NCBI GenBank assembly: GCA_963678065.2
Contig: CAXXVZ010000005.1
Span: forward strand, 800,001 to 864,000
DNA length: 64,000 nucleotides
Direction: 5' to 3'
From: Treponemataceae bacterium
GTDB taxonomy: Bacteria; Spirochaetota; Spirochaetia; Treponematales; Rectinemataceae
In this document: piece by piece, positions 46,228 through 57,455 of the stretch
How the letters are laid out: each line of letters opens with the position of its first letter
Numbering within the stretch: position 1 is the first letter of the stretch
Notes under the pieces: model-generated
What the model was told of the DNA's origin: nothing
The model's database searches: none
What the model saw: only the letters and a program-made list of their open reading frames with translations
Program-made: the position numbers and the translations under genes

Positions 46228-47019
46228 CTATATAGCATCTCTATCTTCAACAATTGCACTTTTTCCCAAAGAAAATATATCCAAATATCCAAGAATTGTA
46301 TAAATTGCGAATCTTCTGCGTTTTTCTATTATTACAAATATTGTCGTACACATTAATGCGATTATTAATAGCATCCACAAATAATTCATATAAGTATATT
46401 TTACTAAAAGTATACTTATCATCATTACTATTATTTGCAGATAATAGACTTCTCTTATTTCATCACGAAGTTGATCCCTTTTAACTTGTTCTTGTGTTAC
46501 AGAACTATAATAATCTGCATACTCAATATACCTTATTTCACTAAGTCCATCAATATGCTTTTCTATTCCTTCAATTTGTTTTTTTAAGGTATTCATTTTA
46601 CCCTTAGATTCTGGTTGCGCCCAACATTTCAGAGAGTAGTACTCATTTATACTTTTGCAATGATTTTTAAAATATCTTTTTGCTAATTCTGGTATTGGAA
46701 CAAATAACAATGCAATTACTTCTTTTTTAAAAAACACCTTACCTATTATTTTTTTAAATAAAATATAGACAAATGAGCCTATTGCAGTTGTTATTGTCTC
46801 TAGTAGGAATAGACCTAATGCACCAATTATTGCAATAAAAAAAATTATAAGAATACTTGGTGTCAAGCTGTTTATTATTTTGAAATCAATTTTTTTAATA
46901 CTTTCAATAAACATATTTATTAAATTACGATCATCAGCTAAAACTACACACAGTATAACAAATATTAATCCCAGAAACAGCCTAAGTAAAAAATTCCAGA
47001 ATCTAATAAATGCTTCCAT
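46228..47019 (-). CDS. Hypothetical 4-TM membrane protein
   Basis: Fills the cassette; two pairs of hydrophobic helices. Confidence 0.7.
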   Translation of the reverse strand: MEAFIRFWNFLLRLFLGLIFVILCVVLADDRNLINMFIESIKKIDFKIINSLTPSILIIFFIAIIGALGLFLLETITTAIGSFVYILFKKIIGKVFFKKEVIALLFVPIPELAKRYFKNHCKSINEYYSLKCWAQPESKGKMNTLKKQIEGIEKHIDGLSEIRYIEYADYYSSVTQEQVKRDQLRDEIREVYYLQIIVMMISILLVKYTYMNYLWMLLIIALMCTTIFVIIEKRRRFAIYTILGYLDIFSLGKSAIVEDRDAI

Positions 47020-47201
47020 GCTTCTTGCCTCTTTTTCTCATGGAATAATTTCGTCTAACGTTTTGTGCCTCTGACGTTTCGGACCGCATCGGCGGGCCGA
47101 AATGTGCCTGAGTGAAGTGAGCGAATGCGAGCGAAACGATGGCCGAAGAGCCCTGAAAGGGCGATGAGCAGGGGCACGGTGTTAGGCGCTGTTCTGCTAA
47201 T

Positions 47202-47951
47202 TCATGATCCTATTCGGCATACCTTTCTTTTTCTTCTTCTTGAGTATGGCTGTGATTTTAAATAGAATAATGAACAGAATATATTAATTTGATATCTCAT
47301 CTCTAATTCCATTTTTATTTTACTTGTATGAATATTCGATGATCCAGAAAGCATCAATGAAGGTGCTAAATGCAGAGGATCTTTCATTACGTTTGTGCTA
47401 TAAAAAGATTTAGTATGAATTTCATTTATTATACCTATAAAATTAAAAAGCAATTCGGGGAATGGATTGAGATTTTTTGATTCGAAAAAAGTGATTAAGT
47501 TTCTATTTTTTACAGAAGAATAATTCCTTCCACTAATATAGAAATCATTTGTATTGGAAATTGAATTAACATCAATTACCGATACATCAGGTGTAACAAA
47601 AATACTCTGCGATCTAGCTGATTCAATAGCAATATTATGATGTATTTCGAATTCAAATATTTTATTATTTCTAATATATTTTTTACTAACAATAAAATAA
47701 GAGAAATTTTTAGGATTCCCTGCTGGAGATAATTTATACCGAAATACATTATTTACTATATTTTTAGCACATGCAACAAAATTATTATTTCTATAGTATT
47801 GAACCACACTATTATATACAGAGATTTCAAAGTAATCACTTATCCTTTTTGCATGATTATAGCTATTTATATTATATCCAGAAAGGAACCCGTTAATTTC
47901 GTGCATAAATTCATTAATATCTTTAAATGGATTATTCATATTTTTACTCAT
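47202..47951 (-). CDS. Hypothetical protein, probable PD-(D/E)xK nuclease fold
   Basis: DYFE...TPDVSV...FFESKN spacing. Confidence 0.6.
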   Translation of the reverse strand: MSKNMNNPFKDINEFMHEINGFLSGYNINSYNHAKRISDYFEISVYNSVVQYYRNNNFVACAKNIVNNVFRYKLSPAGNPKNFSYFIVSKKYIRNNKIFEFEIHHNIAIESARSQSIFVTPDVSVIDVNSISNTNDFYISGRNYSSVKNRNLITFFESKNLNPFPELLFNFIGIINEIHTKSFYSTNVMKDPLHLAPSLMLSGSSNIHTSKIKMELEMRYQINIFCSLFYLKSQPYSRRRKRKVCRIGS

Positions 47952-48373
47952 GCATAATGATCATATATTTTTATATGATCATTAATCTTCTTTAAGAATG
48001 TCTTTGCATCAGAATAATCAAATAACTCCGATGTTATTCTATATTTTAGTAATAATTTATTAAATTCAAATATTTTGTTTTGTAAACTAAGATATTCTTC
48101 AATTCCATATTTACTATTTCCAATTTCAATGCTCTTTACTTCATGGCTATCTCGTAGCTTGACAGAATATTCACACATTGATTCAAGAATTGAGATATAA
48201 TTTCTATAATATATTGATAATGCAAGAATATAATATATTGATTGACCAAATTCGTGCAAACTACTCTCGTTCTGCTTAAGCAAATAGTCAATTTCCGTTT
48301 TTCTGGATGAATACTCTTTTTTCATTTTATCGGATAAAAAATATGGTAAATCTCTACAAAATGAGTCAATCAT
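47948..48373 (-). CDS. Hypothetical protein, translationally coupled to 47202-47951
   Basis: RBS, 4-bp overlap, same cassette. Confidence 0.7.
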   Translation of the reverse strand: MIDSFCRDLPYFLSDKMKKEYSSRKTEIDYLLKQNESSLHEFGQSIYYILALSIYYRNYISILESMCEYSVKLRDSHEVKSIEIGNSKYGIEEYLSLQNKIFEFNKLLLKYRITSELFDYSDAKTFLKKINDHIKIYDHYA

Positions 48374-48550
48374 TTAAGTCCTCTTAGCAGAATTGCGCCT
48401 AACGTTTGCCTGCCTACGACGTTGTGGCGAGCATCGGCGAGCCACAATGTGCCTGAGCGGAACGAGCGCAAGCGAGTGTAGCGATGGCCGAAGAAGGAGC
48501 CGACAGGCGACTGATGAGCGTGGGCAGTGCTGTTAGGTGAAGTACGCCCG

Positions 48551-48862
48551 CTATCTTTTCCCCAATCGTTTTCCTATTGTTCTATAAATCTCTTCTTTAT
48601 CCCTTTTACCTATTCCCCAAATTTCAACTATCTCAATTTTATCTGGAGTTATAAGCTTATAGACTATTCTATGTTTTTTATTATTTACATAAATCTTAAA
48701 AAATCCTGTAAGGTCTATATTGAACTTATGTCCTAATCGTTCTCCCAAAAACGGATTTTGAGATAATTCTTCAAGCTTTTTATCTACCTGGTTCCGCACA
48801 CTCCCATCCAATTCCTTATAATCTTTGGCTGCCTCACGTACAAATTCTACGGGATAGCTCAT
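48551..48862 (-). CDS. relE: RelE/ParE family toxin
   Basis: V.F..EA.KD...LD, L..NP.LG..L, RIVY and IGKR motifs. Confidence 0.88.
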   Translation of the reverse strand: MSYPVEFVREAAKDYKELDGSVRNQVDKKLEELSQNPFLGERLGHKFNIDLTGFFKIYVNNKKHRIVYKLITPDKIEIVEIWGIGKRDKEEIYRTIGKRLGKR

Positions 48863-49155
48863 AGTTCTTGCCTCAGGCTCTCCCAGCTAACATTCTCTTT
48901 AGTATCATAGGAAGTCATTCTTTTCTTAATCATTTCATCTATTTCAAAGTATTCAAACATCTCTTCAAGATTGACAAGATGCTTATACTCATCAAAGGAG
49001 ACTAATACAGCTTCCATATTGTTGTTCTTGAGAATATAGACCGGTTCTCCCGTTGCAGATAATTCACGAATCTTTTTCGTCAATTCTTTCTGTAATCTAG
49101 TAATAGGTATAACATTATCAGAATCTACTAACATAGATGCCTCCATATAATACAT
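48859..49155 (-). CDS. Phd/YefM antitoxin
   Basis: IPIT.L....GEPVYILKNN..EAVLVS..EY motif. A TTGACT-18-TATAAT promoter overlaps the 5' end, so the start is probably a downstream Met. Confidence 0.88.
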   Translation of the reverse strand: MYYMEASMLVDSDNVIPITRLQKELTKKIRELSATGEPVYILKNNNMEAVLVSFDEYKHLVNLEEMFEYFEIDEMIKKRMTSYDTKENVSWESLRQEL

Positions 49156-49395
49156 ATTATACTATATATTATAACAATTAGTCAAATATGTTGTATTTCT
49201 TATAATCCTGATCTTAGCGGGCGTATTTCACCTAACGTATGCCTGCCTGCGACGTTTTGGCCCGCATCGGCGGGACAAAATGTGCCTGAGTGGAACGAGC
49301 GAATGCGAGTGGAATGAAGGCCGAAGAAGGAGCCAAAGGCGACTGATGAGCGTGGGCAGCGCTGTTATACGCTGTTGGGGAATTATCTTAATTAA

Positions 49396-50790
49396 GAGGC
49401 TTTTTCAAAACTTCGTAATCCGCTTTGTAAAAAAGCGAGTTATTGTAACTGAAGCTTCGTTTTTGCACAGTAAAAATTACATGTGCAGTAAAAAGGGCTC
49501 TCTTTTCAGTGCAAAAGATGGACTACCCCTACAAAATCCGGTTCTGCCGGATTGCCCGGTTACGATTTCTGCAGTTCGGGAAGGATGAAGTACTGCAAAG
49601 CCTTGACGGCCGCCAGAACCACTACCCCGCACATGAGCAGGAATGATACTTTCTCAAATCCCCGTACAAATATCTGACCCGGTATGAGCCAATCCTTCAA
49701 ATGCGAGTTTGCACGTTCAACCGTTGTCCTGATTGTGTACCGCTCCTTCTGTGACGGCGAAAATGGTTCCCGTTCCGTCCCACGACGCGTATTCCGATCA
49801 ATCAGCGGAACACGCCCACGTCCCTGGATATAGGTCGCGATGGGATCCGCATCGTATGCAGCGTCCATGACTGAATACAGATGTCGGACCTTTTTCTCTG
49901 TTATCTTTTCCAGAGGAATCGCTACTTGCGAATCATGAACATTGGCGCCGGTTACGACTGCTGAAATAGGGAATCCTGTGTCGCTGACATCAAGGTGCAA
50001 CTTGTATCCTTTCCATGTTTCCCTATTCCCCTGGCTGTTCTTCTTGCATCCCCATGCACAGTCTTTGGATAGTTCTGACAAGGATTTCCTGACGCTTTGG
50101 CCGACTTGCTTTTCTATCTGTGTCGGCTCCTTCACAGGCCGAACTTCTCCTTTTCGGGGACGACCTCGTTTCCGTTGCGGTGTCACGGAAGAAACAGCTT
50201 CACGTTTGGCAGGTACAGGTTTTTCTCGTGCTCGTATCTCCGTCGCATCCCGATTTATGTGTCCGACGATATGGCCGTCATGACAATCCTTCACCATGGT
50301 ATTCAAAGTCTGAATCAGCGGAGTCTTTTTTGAAAACTCCGCGTAGCGACGCGAAAAGGTCGCAGAGCTTGGAACGGAGGTGAAGCCGCATATCCTCCGC
50401 AGATTCGGATCGTTGATCAGCCTGTTCCTAAGGTCCGTGACTGTCGCTATGTGGAATACCGTTCGGGCGAAAAACGCCCGCATGATCGGTTCGTTCCGAT
50501 GTGGAGGACGGCCAGTCCGTGCACATGGTGATGTAATCCGTGGCTGAGCATCTTCAATGACTCTGAGCAGGGCGATAAAAAAGCGATGCTCGTCGGTGAG
50601 ATATTCTTCGAAACATCGCTGGATATCGTAGGAAATCGGCAAAAGTATTTGCGCTCCGCCCAGTATTTCTGGTATGGTTTTCATCAGCGGGGGCTCCTCC
50701 TGGTGACGTTTGTGTTGCAACATCATCATACAGGTTCTGTCCCCGCTTTTCATTAAAATTCGTTCATCTCATGACTTTTGAAAGAGCCTC
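49396..50790 (-). mobile_element. IS5/IS1182-like IS copy 3 (inverted); transposase 49560-50753
   Basis: Same element as copies 1 and 2; 3-bp TSD TAA. Confidence 0.9.
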
Positions 50791-51466
50791 TAAGTTTATT
50801 TTTTAATAAAATAATATTCTTCGCAATTGGACCTAGGATAAAAACAAATACTCCTACTTCAAAATACATAGCTAATATTATGTGTCTATATAATTGTTGA
50901 CTTAATAATCCATTTTCCTTACTAAACATTGTAGATATTAGGCTACCACCTGAAACTAGTAACGGGAAGTTTATGCTAATTGGACATAGCAATTTCATTA
51001 AATCCCAAAGCTCTTGATATATTTTCTCATTATTTTGTTTTTCCCCATTTTTAGGGAAAAATTCGTTTCTAATTGATAATCCAATAAATACTATTAGAGA
51101 GAAAAAAAATTCGTAAATAAACCTAATCATGCTGGAAAATAGAAACTGAGAAAAAATGCTTAGTACTATTGAAACGCAAAAACCTTTTTTAAATACAACT
51201 ATTCCATCTATAGCTTTAAGTGATTTTAATATCACCAACATTAATAAAAAAGCTAATATCGTTAGTATGCTGCTACATATATAAACTAATATTATGGAAG
51301 GTTGAGTTATAGATATTTTTAGTATATTCCACCACGTTTGAAGCGAAGTATTTCCTCGTCCTTTATAGACAGAAATATTTAAATATTGACTTAAAAATAA
51401 CCCAAGAGCTATATAAATAGAACCGAGATAGTAAGTATATTCCTTATTCCTAACATCTGTTTTCAC
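50753..51466 (-). CDS. Hypothetical multi-pass membrane protein; IS inserted at its last codon
   Basis: About 6 hydrophobic segments. The native end ...KNKLN* is replaced by IS-derived residues. Confidence 0.7.
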   Translation of the reverse strand: MKTDVRNKEYTYYLGSIYIALGLFLSQYLNISVYKGRGNTSLQTWWNILKISITQPSIILVYICSSILTILAFLLMLVILKSLKAIDGIVVFKKGFCVSIVLSIFSQFLFSSMIRFIYEFFFSLIVFIGLSIRNEFFPKNGEKQNNEKIYQELWDLMKLLCPISINFPLLVSGGSLISTMFSKENGLLSQQLYRHIILAMYFEVGVFVFILGPIAKNIILLKNKLRGSFKSHEMNEF

Positions 51467-51615
51467 TGCTAATTCCCCAATTGCGTATAACGTTCTGCCT
51501 GTTTACGACGATGGCGCGAGCATCGGCGAGCGCCATTGTGCCTGAGCGGAACGAGCAAAGCGAGTGTAGCGATGGCCGAAGAGGGAGCCTGCGACCGATG
51601 AGCGTGAACAGCGCT

Positions 51616-51748
51616 GTTAGTTGCAGTCGTGACCTTCGAGCGCGCTTGGATGGGGAGACTTGTCTCCTCATCCAATACTCTATCTTGCGCGCGTTCTTCT
51701 CTTCCTCTTCTCTTACCCCTATTTTTTTCTTTCACGATTGCAACTAAC
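51616..51748. repeat. Mini-cassette family A
   Basis: Near-identical to the other copies. Confidence 0.92.
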
Positions 51749-51908
51749 GTTCGCCTGCCTACGACGTTGTGGCGAGCATCGGCGAGCCACAATGTGCCTG
51801 AGCGGAATGAGCGCATGCGAGTGCAGCGATGGCCGAAGAAGGAGCCGATAGGCGACTGATGAGCGTGGGCAGTGCTGTTAGCTGATGTACACCCCACTCT
51901 TCCATCTT

Positions 51909-52436
51909 TCAATTCTTTTCTATTCCTATTCCTATTCCAAAATACTCTCTTTCGTTTTTATCCATCACAACTTTTTTGTAATTTACTATCGTCATCTTTT
52001 CATTGATAACCGTTTCTTCTCCTGTTTTTATATACCCCATTTTCTCATATACATAACAATTACCTTTTTCTTGAAGTATGGTATCAAGCTTCCAGATAGA
52101 ATATTCCGTATACATAGCTTCGATTATTTTAAATACAGTTTGAGCAATTCCTCTTCCTTGACACGCTGGAAGTACGAATATCGGACTTATTCTATAGACT
52201 TGTTCATGTTCCAATCGAATAATCCGTATGGCTCCTACAACACAGGTATCATTCAGTATCAAATAGTAATCCGTCGTTTTTTGATCAAATCTTCTATATA
52301 TTTTTTCTATAGGTTCATTCCCGGGACTCATTTCATAATCATGATATTTTTCAAGTAATGATGCAAATGCTTCACGTTGCATGGTATGAATCAACGGACA
52401 GTCTTCACGAATCGCTTTTCTTAACGATATACCCAT
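51909..52436 (-). CDS. GNAT N-acetyltransferase
   Basis: ISPIFVLP..QGRGIA and LDTILQEKGNCY.YEKMGY motifs. Confidence 0.88.
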   Translation of the reverse strand: MGISLRKAIREDCPLIHTMQREAFASLLEKYHDYEMSPGNEPIEKIYRRFDQKTTDYYLILNDTCVVGAIRIIRLEHEQVYRISPIFVLPACQGRGIAQTVFKIIEAMYTEYSIWKLDTILQEKGNCYVYEKMGYIKTGEETVINEKMTIVNYKKVVMDKNEREYFGIGIGIEKN

Positions 52437-52785
52437 ATATCTATTCCATAAATCCTTGAGCCTGAGAATTCTGTTCAAAACATATCAGAAGTTGTTTTAC
52501 TAGTATAAACACAATCGAGCATATCTATCGATGGATGTATACGGTGGAGAAGGAATGCCGTAGGTCTGATTATTGAAAATATCTTTTCTTCTCTCGTGGG
52601 GTGTATTTCAGCTAACGTTTGTGCCTACGACGTTTTGGCCCGCATCGGCGGGGCAAAATGTGCCTGAGTGAAGTGAGCGCATGCGAGCGAAACGATGGCC
52701 GAAGAGCCCGAACGGGCGATGAGCGCGGGCACGGTGTTAGGTGCTGTACCGCCCAGATCTTAATACCCAATATTTGTATTGTATT

Positions 52786-53676
52786 TCATTTTAACATTTT
52801 GCTAATAATTCCGATACATTCAGGCCTAGATAAAAAAGAAAATGCTCCTACTAATACATTTCCACCAATAGCTTTAATTTTTTCGAAGATTCTATTTATT
52901 TTATTTGTATCAATTTCAATTCTATTTATTTCATTTGCCAATTCTTTGATATCATCTCTGATTTTATCAATCAGAGAAATATCAATTCCCTTTTTTAACA
53001 ATTCTCTTATTATTTCACTTTCACTTATACCAACAGTATTATGTTGTGCAATATTAGATCCAATGGCAACATTACCGTTTTCATTGTTAACTGTTATATA
53101 CTGATGTTTATCATCATGATTCATGAACAACCTCTCAAATTCTTCAAGATTATTTATACCTCTTTCAAATGTTATATAGGCTCGACTATCCATTTTTATG
53201 TTTGAGAATACTGAACAAGCAATTCCCGAAGCATCTCTATGATCACTTTTCTCATATGATAGTACACTAATTTCTTTTAAATACTCTAATATTACATGGT
53301 ATTCATTTTTACTATTGGTATAACAACACTGATATGGTATTTTTACTATTTTTGATCCAAGTCCATTTTCCATAGTTTTTTTATAACAATACTCTGCCAA
53401 TTTATATGCTTTAAACGCTATTCGGCCTTTTTCATTGATATCGATTTTTTGTATACACTTGGAATCGATAATGAACACATCGCGATTATTTTGTGTATTT
53501 TCAAATATCTCTCCAACAATAATGCCTTTTATATTTTCAGAAATGCTTGCAGGAAACACTGACAAAGCCTGAAATGTGACTTTATATTCTCCACAAGCAT
53601 CACATCTTATATGGATATATGCACCTAAAGGAGCAATATCCTCTGTAATATTTCCACAAAAATAACATTTGCTCAT
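52786..53676 (-). CDS. Hypothetical protein with N-terminal Zn-ribbon
   Basis: CYFCG-x14-CDACG; fills the cassette; RBS present. Confidence 0.7.
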   Translation of the reverse strand: MSKCYFCGNITEDIAPLGAYIHIRCDACGEYKVTFQALSVFPASISENIKGIIVGEIFENTQNNRDVFIIDSKCIQKIDINEKGRIAFKAYKLAEYCYKKTMENGLGSKIVKIPYQCCYTNSKNEYHVILEYLKEISVLSYEKSDHRDASGIACSVFSNIKMDSRAYITFERGINNLEEFERLFMNHDDKHQYITVNNENGNVAIGSNIAQHNTVGISESEIIRELLKKGIDISLIDKIRDDIKELANEINRIEIDTNKINRIFEKIKAIGGNVLVGAFSFLSRPECIGIISKMLK

Positions 53677-53926
53677 TCACTTCTCCAATATAACAATAAC
53701 TATAATAACCAATATTTACAGTGCAAGCCATCCCTCTCTTCTGGGCGGTATTGCACCTAACGTTCGCCTGCCTACGACGTTGTGGCGAGCATCGGCGAGC
53801 CACAATGTGCCTGAATGGAACGAGCGCATGCGAGTGCAATGAAGGCCGAAGAAGGAGCCGCAGGCGACTGATGAGCGTGGGCAGTGCTGTTATGCGCTGT
53901 TGCATTATTTTCCCATATTCAACATC

Positions 53927-54403
53927 TTATGTTTTATTCCTATTTTCATATTCTTTTATCTCTTCTACCCTTTTCTCAAATAATTCCTTATGCCACTTCA
54001 TATGCCTGAAATAATCTTCAACAAGATAGTTCAAACTTTTTCCTTCATCGTTTATTTTCCAATAATTCTTCATATCTTCATCTTTAATGTTTTTAATTAT
54101 ATACACTATAAATACATTATAAGATTTCCAGAATGATACGAGAAACTCGTAATCCATTCTTCCAATATCTGATACGTTTTTCCACTCTTCCTCATTATAT
54201 CCTGGAAATTCTATTGTTTGGTTTATCTGAAGACGGATGAACCTCTGATGATTGTTTGATGCGGAATCTATCAGATGTCCAACCATCTCCTGTAATGTCC
54301 ATTTATTCGTTTCAATACGCACAGATGCACTATCCTTATACTGAAGCATTACGACCTGGAATTCATTGATAAGGTTTTCATAATGTTGAATAGCAAATGG
54401 CAT
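53927..54403 (-). CDS. DinB family protein
   Basis: KW...E.VGHLIDSASNNHQRFIR and DY.RHM.WH motifs. Confidence 0.9.
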   Translation of the reverse strand: MPFAIQHYENLINEFQVVMLQYKDSASVRIETNKWTLQEMVGHLIDSASNNHQRFIRLQINQTIEFPGYNEEEWKNVSDIGRMDYEFLVSFWKSYNVFIVYIIKNIKDEDMKNYWKINDEGKSLNYLVEDYFRHMKWHKELFEKRVEEIKEYENRNKT

Positions 54404-54965
54404 ATTTCTCTCCAGATAAAGCTTTTAATCGTGATTCCTAAATCATAGCACAAAATTCTTTAATTCATTTCATACATACACGATAGCAAAATATCAAACA
54501 CGGAATAAATACGTACTGAATCATGGTTTTCAGATCTTAACCCTGAGATCTTCAATACCCGGGTACGAGACATCATGACGTGTACAATGACAAAAACACA
54601 AAATGGCTACAATTCTTATTTAGCTTCTTGCCATGATAGTATTGTTACAGTTTATTCTTCAAATAATGCAATTGCGCATAACGTTTGCCTGCCTACGACG
54701 TTGTGGCGAGCATCGGCGAGCCACAATGTGCCTGAATGGAACGAGCGTATGCGAGTGGAGTGAAGGCCGAAGAAGGAGCCGAAGGCGACTGATGAGCGTG
54801 GGCAGTGCTGTTAGGCGACGTGTTGTTTTGCGTTTCTTCAAAATACACAATTACGTTGATACAGTTGTCAGATGTATTTTATCTACTGCTTTGCTGTTAC
54901 CTAAAAATGGGGACTATATCATAAATGATTTCCTACTGATGTTTTAGTCTAATCAATGCTTGAAG

Positions 54966-55499
54966 TCATCTAAACATACTATGCTGTACAATAAGCTTCT
55001 TTATTGGCCTAATAGTTTTTAGTGCCCAGTCATAATGGCTGGATGTTGCTGATACTAGATATGCACCTAACGATGTTGTTCCTGTCCATGCGTACTTTTT
55101 CTTAGTAAATAATTCATCATCACTATGTTTTTGTATTATTTCTATCATTTCTTTATGACTTTTCTTTACTAGCTTTATTGCTTCATTTAATTCTGTTCCT
55201 TTATACTTTTCATAAATTCTATGATTTAGGACAGGCAAGGTTTGCCAGGTAACATCTTCTGCCGGAATAGCTGGCTTCTTGCCGGACATTCCAATTTTAT
55301 ACCAATTCTTCATCATCGAATGCCATTCATGTAAATGACAAATCACATCAGCTATTGTCTTATCTCTATCATTGAGTTCATTATTTTCGTATGATTTAAC
55401 TTGATATTCTTTGGGTAGCGATTCAATGAACGCTAATAGTTTTGTAATGTTTTCATCGCCAAGCGACACTAGCTCTGCTTTGTTGGTTGGTCTAGGCAT
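54966..55499 (-). CDS. ClbS/DfsB (DUF1706) family protein, copy 2
   Basis: Near-identical cassette to 39222-40053. Confidence 0.85.
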   Translation of the reverse strand: MPRPTNKAELVSLGDENITKLLAFIESLPKEYQVKSYENNELNDRDKTIADVICHLHEWHSMMKNWYKIGMSGKKPAIPAEDVTWQTLPVLNHRIYEKYKGTELNEAIKLVKKSHKEMIEIIQKHSDDELFTKKKYAWTGTTSLGAYLVSATSSHYDWALKTIRPIKKLIVQHSMFR

Positions 55500-55770
55500 G
55501 TAATTCTCCTAAATTAATTCGCGCCAAAGGCGTCCTGTTAACAGCATTTACCGTGATACATATAAACCTATTTGTATAAGTGGTAAAACACTAAAATGGT
55601 AATCTCTGGAAGGATCGCGCAAAACAATATGTCGCCTAACGTTTTGCCTGTTTGCGACGATGGCGCGAGCATCGGCGAGCGCCATTGTGCCTGAGCGGAA
55701 TGAGCGCATGCGATGCGAGTGCAGCGATGGCCGAAGAGGGAGCTTGCGACCGATGAGCGTGAACAGCGCT

Positions 55771-55902
55771 GTTAGTTGCAGTCGTGACCTTCGAGCGCGC
55801 TTGGATGGGGAGACTTGTCTCCTCATCCAATGCTATATCTTGCGCGCGTTCTTCTCTTCCTCTTCTCTTAACCCTTATTTTTTTTTCACGATTGCAACTA
55901 AC
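55771..55902. repeat. Mini-cassette family A
   Basis: Near-identical to the other copies. Confidence 0.92.
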
Positions 55903-56046
55903 GTTCGCCTGCCTACGACGTTGTGGCGAGCATCGGCGAGCCACAATGTGCCTGAGCGGAACGAGCGCATGCGAGTGCAGCGATGGCCGAAGAAGGAGCC
56001 GATAGGCGACTGATGAGCGTGGGCAGTGCTGTTATGTGCAGTTGCT

Positions 56047-57222
56047 CTAATCCACCATTCCAATACTTGTACAGGAATTAAATCTACAAAACCTTTCAAA
56101 ACAGGTGTTGAGAGCATCACGCAGTCGCTTGTTTTTCTTTACTCCATCCTCATACCAAAGATGCTTCACTTCAAGTGTTTGACTTTTCTTATTGTTGACT
56201 ATTTCAGCCCTGCCAATAAACCGATCTCCTGATACGATCGGTACTACATAATAGCCATATACTCGTTGTTTCTCGGGTGTATAGATTTCCCACTTGTATT
56301 CAAAATCAAAAATGCACCGTATCAGTTTTCTGTCCCATAATAAATTATCAAGAGGCGCAAGCAATTCTGTCCGCTCCTCAAAACCATCAGTATGTACTGC
56401 CGATTCCACTAATGTGCTATCTGATTTTAGGCAATAGAGCTTTTCTTGTATCCCTTCAACAGAAATTTCCATAATCATTTCTTCATCCAGTAGCTGCCCG
56501 AAAACGATATCGCGTTCACCACTTTTGAGATTCCGTATATTCAAATATGCATCAGATGCTTTATTCCATAGCATTCCAACCGACGATATTCTTCTGAGAA
56601 CCCGCCATTTCATATGACTTAGTTCCTCTTTTAATGGATCCTCTGCCTGAAGTATCTCATGTGGAATATAATCTTCTGAGCATGCGTAATACTTTATTGA
56701 GCCCTTTTTATGATGGATTATCAGATCCCCACGAAAATATAAGGTTTCGAGCGCTGCTCGTGCAAGATTTGTGCTGGACCAATACCAATCTACCTTATGC
56801 TTCAGGTCAAAGTCTTTTGAGCACACCGGACCCTTTTCTTTTATTGTCTGGATTATGGTATCGGCAACTGTTTTCACCTCTTCATAACCTCGTCCATTTT
56901 TCCGATGGGCTTCACGTATTCGTTCAAAATACTTCCAATCACTCAGTTGTATGATCGAAAGATTTTTATCAAAATAATCAACTAATTCCCTATCCTCATA
57001 CAAAAGTTCATACAACATTGACTTGGTAAAGCCTTCTACTCTGGACTGGAGGACCAGTTCTGCATTTTTCCCACATATATCAATAGGATCAAATTGGATA
57101 CAGCCGGCCTGACGTACAAAATCAATGATACCGTGCTTTAGTGAGAACCTGTAGGTACCACATAATCCATGCTTCAGCAAAAGGAACTGGCGTGCTTGCT
57201 GTTTTGACAGTGTTTTCTGCAT
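56047..57222 (-). CDS. YcaQ/AlkZ-like (HTH_42) winged-helix DNA glycosylase
   Basis: IQFDP (QxD), LLAPLDNLLWDR and F.Y.WEIY.P...R.YGYYV.P motifs. Start reassigned to MQKTLS. Confidence 0.9.
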   Translation of the reverse strand: MQKTLSKQQARQFLLLKHGLCGTYRFSLKHGIIDFVRQAGCIQFDPIDICGKNAELVLQSRVEGFTKSMLYELLYEDRELVDYFDKNLSIIQLSDWKYFERIREAHRKNGRGYEEVKTVADTIIQTIKEKGPVCSKDFDLKHKVDWYWSSTNLARAALETLYFRGDLIIHHKKGSIKYYACSEDYIPHEILQAEDPLKEELSHMKWRVLRRISSVGMLWNKASDAYLNIRNLKSGERDIVFGQLLDEEMIMEISVEGIQEKLYCLKSDSTLVESAVHTDGFEERTELLAPLDNLLWDRKLIRCIFDFEYKWEIYTPEKQRVYGYYVVPIVSGDRFIGRAEIVNNKKSQTLEVKHLWYEDGVKKNKRLRDALNTCFERFCRFNSCTSIGMVD

Positions 57223-57455
57223 GTACTTTCCATGATAACTGCTGATTAGAGCAATTGCACATAACGTTTTGTGCCTCTGACGTGTGCGACCGCACAGGCG
57301 GGCGCACATGTGCCTGAGCGGAATGAGCGCAAGCGAGTGCAGCGATGGCCGAGGAGCCATGAAATGGCGACGAGCAGGGGCACGGTGTTAGGCGCTTTTA
57401 TTTTTTTCTTAATTCAACTTCTCTGTAAAAACATAATGTATTTATAAATATTTCA

